Virus record (IMG/VR): IMGVR_UViG_3300030372_000818
Span: 1-24,333 of that record
Length of the DNA: 24,333 bases
Reading direction: 5' to 3' (one strand)
From: a virus
Lineage: Duplodnaviria; Caudoviricetes
The notes below the pieces were generated by a model. It worked only from the letters and a program-made list of their open reading frames with translations, was not told the origin of the DNA and ran no database searches. Shown in pieces: positions 1 to 9,291 of this stretch; the first letter of the stretch is position 1, and each line of letters starts with the position of its first letter. A program made the translations under genes and the position numbers.

Positions 1-2
1 TT

Positions 3-164
3 GCTTATGTATTAATTTACAAGGCTTTAGATGCAGATGGAGAAAAGTTATTTAACATTGCTGATAGAAGCGCTTTTCTAGATAGAGTTGATAGAAGCGT
101 TTTAATAAGAGTTGCTTCCGAAATTATGGGTAACATAGACCAGGAAGAAATTAAAAAAAAGTAA
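3..164 (+). CDS. Tail assembly chaperone (lambda gpG-like), 5'-truncated by the window
   Basis: Hand translation of frame 3: AYVLIYKALDADGEKLFNIADRSAFLDRVDRSVLIRVASEIMGNIDQEEIKKK* (TAA 162-164). Lies upstream of the tape measure and ends on a slippery heptamer. Confidence 0.8.
   Translation, partial: AYVLIYKALDADGEKLFNIADRSAFLDRVDRSVLIRVASEIMGNIDQEEIKKK
155..161 (+). other. Programmed -1 ribosomal frameshift slippery site A_AAA_AAG
   Basis: X_XXY_YYZ heptamer in the correct phase directly before the TAA. The -1 frame is open from 155 to 334 and is closed upstream by TAA at 152-154. Confidence 0.85.
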
Positions 165-334
165 TTAAAGATAGGCAACTACAAATAAAATTTGTTTTAG
201 CTGAAAAATTACACAAAACTCTAGCTGAAATAGAAGAAATGACTTTAGAGGAATTTCATGGGTGGATGGCTTATCTTGAGATACAGAATGAAGAAAGGGA
301 AAAGCAACTAAGTGAACAAAAGAATAAAATTTAG
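155..334 (+). CDS. Frameshift extension of the tail chaperone (gpT/gpGT-like)
   Basis: The -1 frame reads KKVIKDRQLQIKFVLAEKLHKTLAEIEEMTLEEFHGWMAYLEIQNEEREKQLSEQKNKI*. The LA..L.KTL.E...M...EF..W.AY pattern is typical of pre-tape-measure gpT proteins. No ATG until 239. Confidence 0.8.
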   Translation, partial: KKVIKDRQLQIKFVLAEKLHKTLAEIEEMTLEEFHGWMAYLEIQNEEREKQLSEQKNKI

Positions 335-345
335 GAAATTCAAAA

Positions 346-2058
346 ATGGCTAGGTCAGATATACATATAAGAATGTTTGGTGATAACCGAACCTCTAAGA
401 TGTTTAATCAATTTAGAAAAGATACAAGGTCATCAAGCCATGCTATTAACAATCTTCGTAATCAAATAGTTGCAGCATTTTCTGTGCGAGAGCTTGTAAG
501 AGCTGGTGACAGTTTTGTAAATATACAAAACAGGATGCAAGCACTTACAGGATCAACAGAACAAACAGCAAGTGCTATGGCAAACATCAAAAGAATTGCA
601 AATGAATCTAGGTCAGATTTTGATGCAATTGGTACATTGTTTACAAGACTTACCATAGCCACACAAGATTTAGGCGTTGCACAGACAGACATAGCTAAAG
701 CAACACAAACAGTTGCAAATACTTTTGTTATAGCTGGTGCAGAGAGTTCGGAAGCAGCTAACTCTGCAAGACAGTTAGCACAGGGTTTAGCTTCTGGTGC
801 TTTGCGTGGAGATGAATTGCGTTCAGTGATGGAAAATAATGTCATATTGTCTAACTTGCTTGCAGATGGTCTTGGAATAACAACAGGTCAGCTTAAAGAT
901 TTTGGATCAGAAGGCAAACTAACAGCAGAAGCAATTTTACCAATTTTAATTAATGCTGTAGATGATACAACTAAAACTGTTGCAAATATGGATATGACTA
1001 TAGGGCAATCACTTACATTGCTTAGAACTAATTTTACAACTTTGATTGGTGAGTTTGAGAGATCAACAGGAATTTTTGGTAAATCTGCAAATGCTTTAGG
1101 ATTTGTTGCAGGAAACTTAGAACTTTTACTAATTCCAACTGTGGCTTTGGGCGTAACTGCAATACCAAAACTTATAACATCATTAAATGCTCTAAGAATT
1201 GCTTTGATTGCAAATCCTATTATGGCTTTTGCAACAGGTCTTACAGGTTTAGTTGCAGTGATAAGCACAGTTACAAAAGAAACTAGATCACTTGATGAAC
1301 AAATAGATAGTCTTACAAATCAGATTGAAGATGCTCAAGATGGTATGATGGATATTGGTGGTGTTGAAATAGCTACACCAGAAGGTTTTATTGACACACT
1401 AATACAACAAAGAGAAGAATTAATAAAGCTTAGAGATGAAGGTCTAGATCCAACAAATGATTCTCTTTTAAATTTTGAAAGTAGTTTCAAAAGCATTAAA
1501 ACAGATGTTGAGGAAAGCATAAAAGTTGTTAAAACTTTTGCAGAAACTATTGAGGGTAAACTAACCAATGCATTTACTGATTTTTTCGATTTTACTAGCA
1601 AGGGTTTTGGAGATTTTAAACAATTAGCAACATCTGTAATAAGAGCTATAATTGCTGAATTAATACAAATGTATATTGTTCAACAAGCAGTAGGCATGAT
1701 AACAAGCGCAATTGATTTAGCATTTCAACCAAGAAAAGCATCAGGACAAACTGCTGCCAATTTTACATCATCACTCACTAATAATTTTGACCCTTTTAAT
1801 GCAGAGGGCGGTGGTTATACAGGCATGGGTGTTAGAGCAGGTGGGATTGATGGACGTGGTGGTTTTCCAGCAATATTACATCCAAACGAAACAGTTATAG
1901 ATCACACAAAAGGACAGAGCATGGGTGCTACTGTAAACTTTAACATTACTACTTTAGATGCGGCAGGCTTTGATGAATTGCTTGCTAGTAGAAAAAACAT
2001 GATTGTAAGCATGATCAATCAAGCTTATAACTCAAGAGGTAAAATGGGAATAGCATAA
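346..2058 (+). CDS. Tail tape measure protein (570 aa)
   Basis: Tape-measure N-terminal motif QLAQGLASGALRGDELRSVMEN, Ala/Thr-rich helical body, C-terminal GGYTG...GGIDGRGGFPAILHPNETV motif, and position after the chaperones. Confidence 0.93.
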   Translation: MARSDIHIRMFGDNRTSKMFNQFRKDTRSSSHAINNLRNQIVAAFSVRELVRAGDSFVNIQNRMQALTGSTEQTASAMANIKRIANESRSDFDAIGTLFTRLTIATQDLGVAQTDIAKATQTVANTFVIAGAESSEAANSARQLAQGLASGALRGDELRSVMENNVILSNLLADGLGITTGQLKDFGSEGKLTAEAILPILINAVDDTTKTVANMDMTIGQSLTLLRTNFTTLIGEFERSTGIFGKSANALGFVAGNLELLLIPTVALGVTAIPKLITSLNALRIALIANPIMAFATGLTGLVAVISTVTKETRSLDEQIDSLTNQIEDAQDGMMDIGGVEIATPEGFIDTLIQQREELIKLRDEGLDPTNDSLLNFESSFKSIKTDVEESIKVVKTFAETIEGKLTNAFTDFFDFTSKGFGDFKQLATSVIRAIIAELIQMYIVQQAVGMITSAIDLAFQPRKASGQTAANFTSSLTNNFDPFNAEGGGYTGMGVRAGGIDGRGGFPAILHPNETVIDHTKGQSMGATVNFNITTLDAAGFDELLASRKNMIVSMINQAYNSRGKMGIA

Positions 2059-2660
2059 TGTCAGGTACTTTTCCAACAACAATAAAACCAAGCAGGTTTC
2101 AATTACAGGACAACAGACCAAATCTAATAAATCAATCAGTTTCAGGCAAGAGAGTAACTAGAAAATATGGTGCGCAATACTTTACTTTGGATGTAACTTT
2201 ACCACCTTTATCAAAGGATAATGCAATGGATGTTTTTGCTTTTCTTAAAAAACAGCAAAACTCTTTTGATAAATTTGATTTTCAATATCCAATTACAAAC
2301 AGAGGTGCTAACAGATCACAAACTGATATAGTTGTTAATGGATCGCATAGCGTTGGTGATAATACTATTGCATTATCAGGCTTTGATAATTCAACAACAG
2401 ATGTTTTAAAAGCAGGTGATATTATCAAGTTTGCAAATCACGATAAAGTTTATATGCTAGAATCTGATTTAGATTCGGATGGAAGTGGTAATGGAACTGC
2501 AACAATATCACCAAGCATAATTGCTACACTTGCTAATAGTGAAGCTGTAACAGTAGATCAACCAAATTTAAAAGTATATCTAGATAGTGATGTACTGTAT
2601 TCAACAAATACATCAGGTTTATTTTCAATCAGTTTTACCTTGCGTGAGTGCATTGAGTAA
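2058..2660 (+). CDS. Putative distal tail (Dit-like) / minor tail protein
   Basis: Immediately follows the tape measure (TAATG overlap). Beta-rich 200 aa with LKAGDIIKFANHDKVYM and terminal FSISFTLRE. Called mainly on synteny. Confidence 0.65.
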   Translation: MSGTFPTTIKPSRFQLQDNRPNLINQSVSGKRVTRKYGAQYFTLDVTLPPLSKDNAMDVFAFLKKQQNSFDKFDFQYPITNRGANRSQTDIVVNGSHSVGDNTIALSGFDNSTTDVLKAGDIIKFANHDKVYMLESDLDSDGSGNGTATISPSIIATLANSEAVTVDQPNLKVYLDSDVLYSTNTSGLFSISFTLRECIE

Positions 2661-3208
2661 TGTCAAGAAACTTAAGTTCATCTTTATTAACGCAACTAGC
2701 AAATCCAACTAATACCTTTTGCTTTTTACTTGAAATAAATACATCTACAGTTTTTCGGTTAACTGATAATCAGTTTGATGTAACTTATGATTCTAATACT
2801 TATACATCTTCTGGTGAAATAATATCTGTTAGTACAACACCAGAGACAGGAGAGCTTAAGGTAGAAGAAACAAACATAGAGCTATCTAATATTAATTCAA
2901 CACTTATATCTGTATTTGATGATCAAAACTATATAGATAATACTGTAAATATTTATCTTGGCTTTTTTGATTCTAATAATGCTTTTATAGATGCCTTCAC
3001 TTATTTTTCTGGCAATATTAAAAATGTAGAAGTTAATGAAAGCAAAACAGATTCTAAAATTACCTTAACTTGTTCAAATCATTGGTCAAACTGGAATCTA
3101 AAAAAAGGAAGACACTTTACCGATGAATCACAGCAATTAGCTTTTGCTAGCGATGTCGGTCTAGAATATGCACACGTTACAAAATCAGACATAAGATGGG
3201 GTAGCTAA
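2660..3208 (+). CDS. Putative tail hub / minor tail protein (gpL or DUF2163-like)
   Basis: RLTD..FDVTYDSNTYTSSG, VNIYLGF...FSGNI and terminal DIRWG patterns typical of the gene between Dit and the tail tip. Confidence 0.65.
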   Translation: MSRNLSSSLLTQLANPTNTFCFLLEINTSTVFRLTDNQFDVTYDSNTYTSSGEIISVSTTPETGELKVEETNIELSNINSTLISVFDDQNYIDNTVNIYLGFFDSNNAFIDAFTYFSGNIKNVEVNESKTDSKITLTCSNHWSNWNLKKGRHFTDESQQLAFASDVGLEYAHVTKSDIRWGS

Positions 3209-6200
3209 TGGGTATTTTTACATTTTTGCAAAACGCATTAATAGTTATTACTGCAATTGTTGGCGTTAAAAACTTTAGAACAGCAAAGAAACTACAAGAT
3301 CAAGGACAAGATATATTAGCTACCAAAACAGGTCAGGGTGGGAAAATACCTATTATATATGGCAGAAGAAGAGTCGGCTCTACCCTTCTATACATGGACA
3401 CTGACTCTGGTAATTCTAAAGAACTATTTATTATTTATGGATTATGCTTGGGTGAAGTAGAATCTATTGAGTTAGACACTATAGAAATTAATGGCGTGCC
3501 ATTATCAGACACTAAGGTTTTTAGAGATGGTTACTATACAGGCTCAGACAAAATATCTAGTGGCGCAGGATCACTAAATACTGTAAGCCAGATAGGTACT
3601 TCCTCAGGTAGTTTTAGAGGTGATGGCAGATCTGGAGATGATCCTACAAAGATTTACAGAATGGTTTTTAATGCTCATCACGGAGCAGACGATCAAACTG
3701 TAGATCCTATGCTTAACGCATCACAATCATCAAAATTTACTTCTAATCACAGGCTTAGAGGTATTGCTTACATTGCTGCATCTTTTCAATATGACGAGAA
3801 AGGTATGTTTACTTCTGTACCTGAATTGACAGTAGTTGTAAAAGGTAAAAAACTTTATGATCCAAGACTTGATGGCTCTATATCTGGTGGCTCAGGCTCA
3901 CACAGAATAGCTGATTCTACTACTTATGAGTGGTCAAATAATGCAGCTTTAACTCTTCTTGATTATATGCATCAAGATTATGGAAAAGGTTTAGCAGCTT
4001 CGTTAATAGATTTACAATCTTTCCAAACAGCAGCTAATACAGCAGATACAGTTGTTGATGTACCTGATTATAGTGGATCATATTCTTCTGCTACTTTTTC
4101 AGCAGACGTTGAAGATAATTTTATAACTGTTAATGAAGCAACCTGGAAAAAGATAAAAGGCGGTGAATTATTAAGTGTTAAAGATAGTGGTGGTACAATC
4201 ATAATAAATCAAGATGATGTTGTAGATGTCCAAAGATTCAAACCACATACAGAATCTACTAATTACAGAATTTATACAGACACAACACCGCCTGCAAAAG
4301 TATCTAAAAGTGTAACTTTTTCTGCTACTAACGGTGATGCAACGCTTACTGTAACTTGCACATCACATGGAGCATCTGCAAACGACAGAGTGCTTTTTAC
4401 TGGCGCAGTAAGTCTTGGTGGCAATATTACAGCAACAGTCTTAAATAAAGGCTATACGATTGCAACTGTGGTAGATGCAAATACTTTTACCGTTGAAGCG
4501 ACAGACTTGAATTTAGACACTGTACTAGCTAGTAGTTCTGATACTGGTAATGGCGGTGGTAGCGCTGTTGGTAAATTTATGTATGCAGATGAGTCTGGCT
4601 CAATATTAGCGCAAACAAGAAGATTGCAGTGTGATGGTGTTTTAGACACTAATGAGACTGTTTTAGATAATGCTAGAGATTTATTATCTAACATGCGTGG
4701 TTTTTTAAATTATGTTGATGGTAAATATAGTGTTCTTGTCGAAGATACTGGCTCTTCATCTTTTAGCATTACTGATGATCACATTATAGATGAAGGCATT
4801 AGCATCCGCTATGAGGACAAAGCTGATAAGCTTAATAAAGTTGTAGTGCAATTTTATAATGCACAAAAAAAATATGAATCAGATACAAAAACTGTATTTC
4901 ATAATAACAGCACTTCAACTTATAAAAATGATGATGGTGGTGAAGAGCTAGAAACTACAGCAGAGTTCCAGTATATAACCAATCCATATAATGCTTTCAA
5001 TATGGGTAAAGCCATATTAGAAAGAAGTAGAAGACAAAAAACTATTAGCTTTATTGGTACGCCAAGATTATTAGATCTTACAGCAGGTGATGTCGTTAGT
5101 GTTACTTATAGTCCTTATAATCTGTCAAGCGCTGCATACAGAGTAGAAACAGTAAACTTATTAGACAATGGATTAGTAGGCATACAAGCTATAGAATATT
5201 TTGATTTTTATACTTGGTCAGCTACACCACCAGCAGAAACAGTAGGTGAAGATCCAGATACTCCAACAGGTACAGAGGTTAGTCCGCCAACTAATTTAAC
5301 TTTTACCGATGCAACGTCTACAAGAAGAGCTTTTTTAACCTGGACTGCTGCAACAAACTACCCAGCAAAAGAATTTAGAGTAATTATTAAAAACTCTTCT
5401 GCACAAGAAATACACAACAGAATTGTAAGTGATGATTTTATTGATCTTGATTTTATAGCAGTTGCTAATGGCTATGTAGCTTCTATATCTTCTATCAATA
5501 GTGTTGGTGCTGAATCTGAAGCTGCATCACTAACATTTAATGTCACGCAAAAACCTGTCAAGCTTGGTGATATACAGGCAAACGCTATAACAGCAAATGA
5601 AATAAATGTAACCAATTTAGCAGCTATAGAATCAGACTTAGGTGATATTGATGCAGGAAGCATAGATATAGGATCAGGTGCTTTCACAGTTAGTTCTTCT
5701 GGTGTTATGACTGCAACAGGAGCAACAGTATCAGGTGCAATAACAGCTTCATCTTTAAATGTTACTGGTGCTACTGTTACAGGAACAATTGATGCCAGTA
5801 AGATTACACTTAATGGCGATCCTCTAACTGATATATTTGCTTTAGCAGGAAGCGGACAAGCAAAGACACTCTCTCTTGGTGGTGATACTAAAAATCTTCT
5901 TAAAGTTGATGGTATTCAACTTAAATACTTTGCTTTTGACCAAGTACAAAATCAAGGTACAGAAGTTTTGCAAATGGATTTAGATGATTTAGAACTATTT
6001 AATACAAGACTAGATCATAAAAAGACAACAATTAAAAGTGAAGGTTCTATTGTTTTATCTTCTATTTCTTCTCCATCCTCTACATCTAACAAGCTATATA
6101 ATGTTGGTGGTAGCCTACATTTTAACGGAACAGCACTTGGCACAGGCACAGGTGATATTACAGCAGTTGTAGCAGGTACTAATCTTAATGGCGGTGGCTC

Positions 6201-9200
6201 TAGTGGAAGTGTTACTCTTAATTTAGATTCAACTATTACAGGCAACCATACATTCTCAAACAACCTTACAGTCGGTGGCGATCTTACAGTGCAAGGCACA
6301 ACCACAACCATTGACACCACAAATTTAGAAGTCAAAGACAAAAACATAACCCTTAACTATTCAACAGGCGATTCTTCTGGTAATGCAGACGGAGCAGGTA
6401 TAACTATTCAAGATGCAGTTAATAGCTCAACAGATGCAACTATTCTTTGGGATGCGACCAATGATGAGTTTGATTTTTCTCATAAAATAACTGCTCCTAC
6501 ACTAGCAGGAACTTTATCAACAGCAGCACAACCAAATATTACAAGTCTTGGAACGCTATCAACTCTTACAGTAGACGATATAACAATTAATGGCTCAACT
6601 ATTTCTGATAGCGGTGATTTAACTTTTGATTTAGGTGGCAACCTGCTTGTAGATGTAGATGGTGGAATTGTTAGATATTATGATGCTGGAACTGAATGGG
6701 CACAACTTAAGTCATCTTCGCAAGATGTTCAGCTTATTAGTATTGTTCAAGACAAAGATATAATTTTTAGAGGCAATGATGGTGGGTCATATTTTAATGC
6801 CCTTACCCTTGATATGTCTAATGCAGGTAGAGCAACCTTCAATGAAAATGTTATTGTTGGTGGTAATTTAGAAGTTAATGGTGCAGATGTAACCATTACC
6901 TCAAATATAATTCATGCAGGAGATACAAATACATTTTTTGGATTCAATGATGCAGATACATTTAGGATTACAACAGGTGGTTCTGAGGCATTAAGAGTAG
7001 ATTCCTCACAACGTGTGGGTATCGGAACTGCAAGTCCTTCAGGAACATTCCATGCAGTAGGAACTGGACATACATTTGATACAGCAGATGGTTCAGGACT
7101 TGCAATAAAAAGACCTGGCAATTCTGCACATTTGCATTTATTCCCAGCATTCTCATCAGTTCCAACAATACAAGGACAAGGTGCGGGTGGATTACATTTA
7201 GGATACGAAAGCAATACAGCAGGAATTAGAATTGATACAAATAATAATGTTGGTATAGGAACTACAAGTCCATCAGAAAAATTACACATTTCAGGGTCAT
7301 CGCCATCAGGAGACATTTCAGCAAGAATAGTTAATACCGATACTTCAGCAGCACTTTCTTATGCTGGTATATCTCTAGTAGGTGGTGATAATGAAGCAAG
7401 TATAAGAAGCATACATGGTTCAGCAGGAGCAGGTGCTTTAGCATTTTTTAATGAAAATTCAGAAAGAATGCGTATTAATTCTTCAGGTAATATTGGTTTA
7501 GGAACTTCAACAATTAGACAAAGATTACATCAACACGTCTCAGATTCAGGTGCGAACTATCATGCTTTTACAAACTCAACAACAGGAACAGGAACAACAG
7601 ATGGTTTAGTGGTTGGTATTAGTGGAGATGAAGATGCTTTAATTTGGAATCACGAAGACGAACACATGCTTTTTGCAACTAACAATACAGAAAGGATGCG
7701 TATTGATTCCCAAGGGCGATTAGGGGTCGGCACTATAGCTCCAGGCATGATTTTAGACGTAGATGGCTCAAGTGCTGCTAATGATATTGCAAGATTTAGT
7801 GGTGCAAACTCAGGTACGCTTATATTTAGAAATGCTACATCTAATGAATTTATTATGCATACATCTACTTCTGATGCTCTTGTATTTGGTACAAATGGTA
7901 ATACAGAAAGGATGCGTATTGATAGTTCAGGTAATATTGGCGTTGGTTTAACAAATCCATCAGCATACGGTAAATTTGTTGTTCAAGGAACAGCTACGCA
8001 ATTAGCTCTAAATGCATCATCTGGTAAAGCTAGAGTTGGTTTTTTTGAAAATGGTACTGGTCGTTTTTATATTGATACTTTTAATGGTTCAGATGGTTTA
8101 GCTTTTGTTGATGCTGATGGTTCAACAGAACGGATGCGTATTACTTCAGGTGGCTTAGTTGGTATAGGTATGACACCTAATAGTGGTTGTTTACTTAATG
8201 TAAACAGTCATATAAGAGCAGAAAATAGTGCATTTTTAGCAGGAAGAGAAAATGCTTCATTACCTGCTTTTGCTTTCCATGATGATACTGATACAGGTAT
8301 GTTTAATGTAGCGTCTAATATATTAGCATTTTCTACAGCAGCAACAGAAAGGATGCGTATTGATAGTTCAGGCGACTTAACAATGAAGGGTGGAAGGATT
8401 ATCCTAAGAGAATCTGATGATGGCAATGATGCAGCAAAACTAACAAGAGATGCAGATGAAGGTTACTTACAACTATTTTCTTCAGGTTCACAAACTGTTG
8501 AATTAAGAGGTAATGGTAATTCTTACTTTAATGGAGGAAATCTTGGTCTGGGAACTTCAAGTCCTTCTGCAAATTTAGATATAGAAGGTTCAGGTAGTCC
8601 AACTATAAAAGTTACTGATACGACCAACACAACGACTGCCCAAGTTTCAGCAAATAACACAAAAGCATTATATGGAAGTCTTACTAATCATGCTGTACAA
8701 ATAGACCAAAATGGTGGAGCTGCTTTATTTATTGATACTTCTAAACGAGTTGGTATCGGAACTTCCTCACCAAGTTCTAAATTACATATAGAGGATGCAT
8801 CAAGTCCTGTTGTTTTAGTCAGAGACACAACAAATAATTGTACTTTGCAAATGTATGCACAAAACAGTAATGCTCACATAGGAACATCGAGTAATCATTC
8901 ACTTTTCTTTGATACTAACAACACACAAAGAGTTGAGCTAACTACAGCAGGGGTCTTGAATTGTGGGAATGATGTTGCAGCTTTTGGAACATTATCTGAT
9001 ATTACCCTTAAAGAAAATATTGAAGTAATACAAAATCCACTTGATAAAGTAAAACAAATAAGAGGTGTAAACTTTTCTTATAAAAAAGATGGAAGAAAAT
9101 CTACAGGTCTGATTGCTCAAGAGCTTGAAAAGGTTTTACCTAATGCAATATTCACTACTCACGAAATTGGTGATGATAAAGAAATAAAAGCTATTAGATA

Positions 9201-9291
9201 TGGAAATGTAGTTGGATTATTGGTGGAAGCCATTAAAGAACAACAACAACAAATAGATGAACTTAAAGCAAAGCTAGATGGCAGTTCCTAA
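3208..9291 (+). CDS. Tail tip / host-specificity protein (gpJ-like) fused to a repeat fibre and C-terminal peptidase S74 intramolecular chaperone (2027 aa)
   Basis: N-terminal IPIIYGRRRVG, HRLRGIAY, VKGKKLYDPR and WSNNAALTLLDY motifs; FN3-like PPTNL...LTW segment; ERMRIDSSGNIGIGT repeats; C-terminal SDITLKENI...GLIAQELEKVLP...LLVEAIKEQQQQIDELK. Confidence 0.88.
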   Translation: MGIFTFLQNALIVITAIVGVKNFRTAKKLQDQGQDILATKTGQGGKIPIIYGRRRVGSTLLYMDTDSGNSKELFIIYGLCLGEVESIELDTIEINGVPLSDTKVFRDGYYTGSDKISSGAGSLNTVSQIGTSSGSFRGDGRSGDDPTKIYRMVFNAHHGADDQTVDPMLNASQSSKFTSNHRLRGIAYIAASFQYDEKGMFTSVPELTVVVKGKKLYDPRLDGSISGGSGSHRIADSTTYEWSNNAALTLLDYMHQDYGKGLAASLIDLQSFQTAANTADTVVDVPDYSGSYSSATFSADVEDNFITVNEATWKKIKGGELLSVKDSGGTIIINQDDVVDVQRFKPHTESTNYRIYTDTTPPAKVSKSVTFSATNGDATLTVTCTSHGASANDRVLFTGAVSLGGNITATVLNKGYTIATVVDANTFTVEATDLNLDTVLASSSDTGNGGGSAVGKFMYADESGSILAQTRRLQCDGVLDTNETVLDNARDLLSNMRGFLNYVDGKYSVLVEDTGSSSFSITDDHIIDEGISIRYEDKADKLNKVVVQFYNAQKKYESDTKTVFHNNSTSTYKNDDGGEELETTAEFQYITNPYNAFNMGKAILERSRRQKTISFIGTPRLLDLTAGDVVSVTYSPYNLSSAAYRVETVNLLDNGLVGIQAIEYFDFYTWSATPPAETVGEDPDTPTGTEVSPPTNLTFTDATSTRRAFLTWTAATNYPAKEFRVIIKNSSAQEIHNRIVSDDFIDLDFIAVANGYVASISSINSVGAESEAASLTFNVTQKPVKLGDIQANAITANEINVTNLAAIESDLGDIDAGSIDIGSGAFTVSSSGVMTATGATVSGAITASSLNVTGATVTGTIDASKITLNGDPLTDIFALAGSGQAKTLSLGGDTKNLLKVDGIQLKYFAFDQVQNQGTEVLQMDLDDLELFNTRLDHKKTTIKSEGSIVLSSISSPSSTSNKLYNVGGSLHFNGTALGTGTGDITAVVAGTNLNGGGSSGSVTLNLDSTITGNHTFSNNLTVGGDLTVQGTTTTIDTTNLEVKDKNITLNYSTGDSSGNADGAGITIQDAVNSSTDATILWDATNDEFDFSHKITAPTLAGTLSTAAQPNITSLGTLSTLTVDDITINGSTISDSGDLTFDLGGNLLVDVDGGIVRYYDAGTEWAQLKSSSQDVQLISIVQDKDIIFRGNDGGSYFNALTLDMSNAGRATFNENVIVGGNLEVNGADVTITSNIIHAGDTNTFFGFNDADTFRITTGGSEALRVDSSQRVGIGTASPSGTFHAVGTGHTFDTADGSGLAIKRPGNSAHLHLFPAFSSVPTIQGQGAGGLHLGYESNTAGIRIDTNNNVGIGTTSPSEKLHISGSSPSGDISARIVNTDTSAALSYAGISLVGGDNEASIRSIHGSAGAGALAFFNENSERMRINSSGNIGLGTSTIRQRLHQHVSDSGANYHAFTNSTTGTGTTDGLVVGISGDEDALIWNHEDEHMLFATNNTERMRIDSQGRLGVGTIAPGMILDVDGSSAANDIARFSGANSGTLIFRNATSNEFIMHTSTSDALVFGTNGNTERMRIDSSGNIGVGLTNPSAYGKFVVQGTATQLALNASSGKARVGFFENGTGRFYIDTFNGSDGLAFVDADGSTERMRITSGGLVGIGMTPNSGCLLNVNSHIRAENSAFLAGRENASLPAFAFHDDTDTGMFNVASNILAFSTAATERMRIDSSGDLTMKGGRIILRESDDGNDAAKLTRDADEGYLQLFSSGSQTVELRGNGNSYFNGGNLGLGTSSPSANLDIEGSGSPTIKVTDTTNTTTAQVSANNTKALYGSLTNHAVQIDQNGGAALFIDTSKRVGIGTSSPSSKLHIEDASSPVVLVRDTTNNCTLQMYAQNSNAHIGTSSNHSLFFDTNNTQRVELTTAGVLNCGNDVAAFGTLSDITLKENIEVIQNPLDKVKQIRGVNFSYKKDGRKSTGLIAQELEKVLPNAIFTTHEIGDDKEIKAIRYGNVVGLLVEAIKEQQQQIDELKAKLDGSS
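6980..8960 (+). repeat. Dispersed fibre repeats (E-R-M-R-I-D/N/T-S-S-G-x-x-G-I/L/V-G), including an identical 29-nt repeat at 7903-7931 and 8344-8372
   Basis: ACAGAAAGGATGCGTATTGATAGTTCAGG occurs twice; its first 21 nt also occur at 7687-7707; degenerate copies near 7461 and 8125. Confidence 0.85.

Noticed and set aside
7455-8375. Fibre repeats as a diversity-generating retroelement (TR/VR) or invertible shufflon
   Set aside because: Repeats are short, direct and in-frame, with no adenine-specific mismatch pattern. No reverse transcriptase or invertase is in the window.
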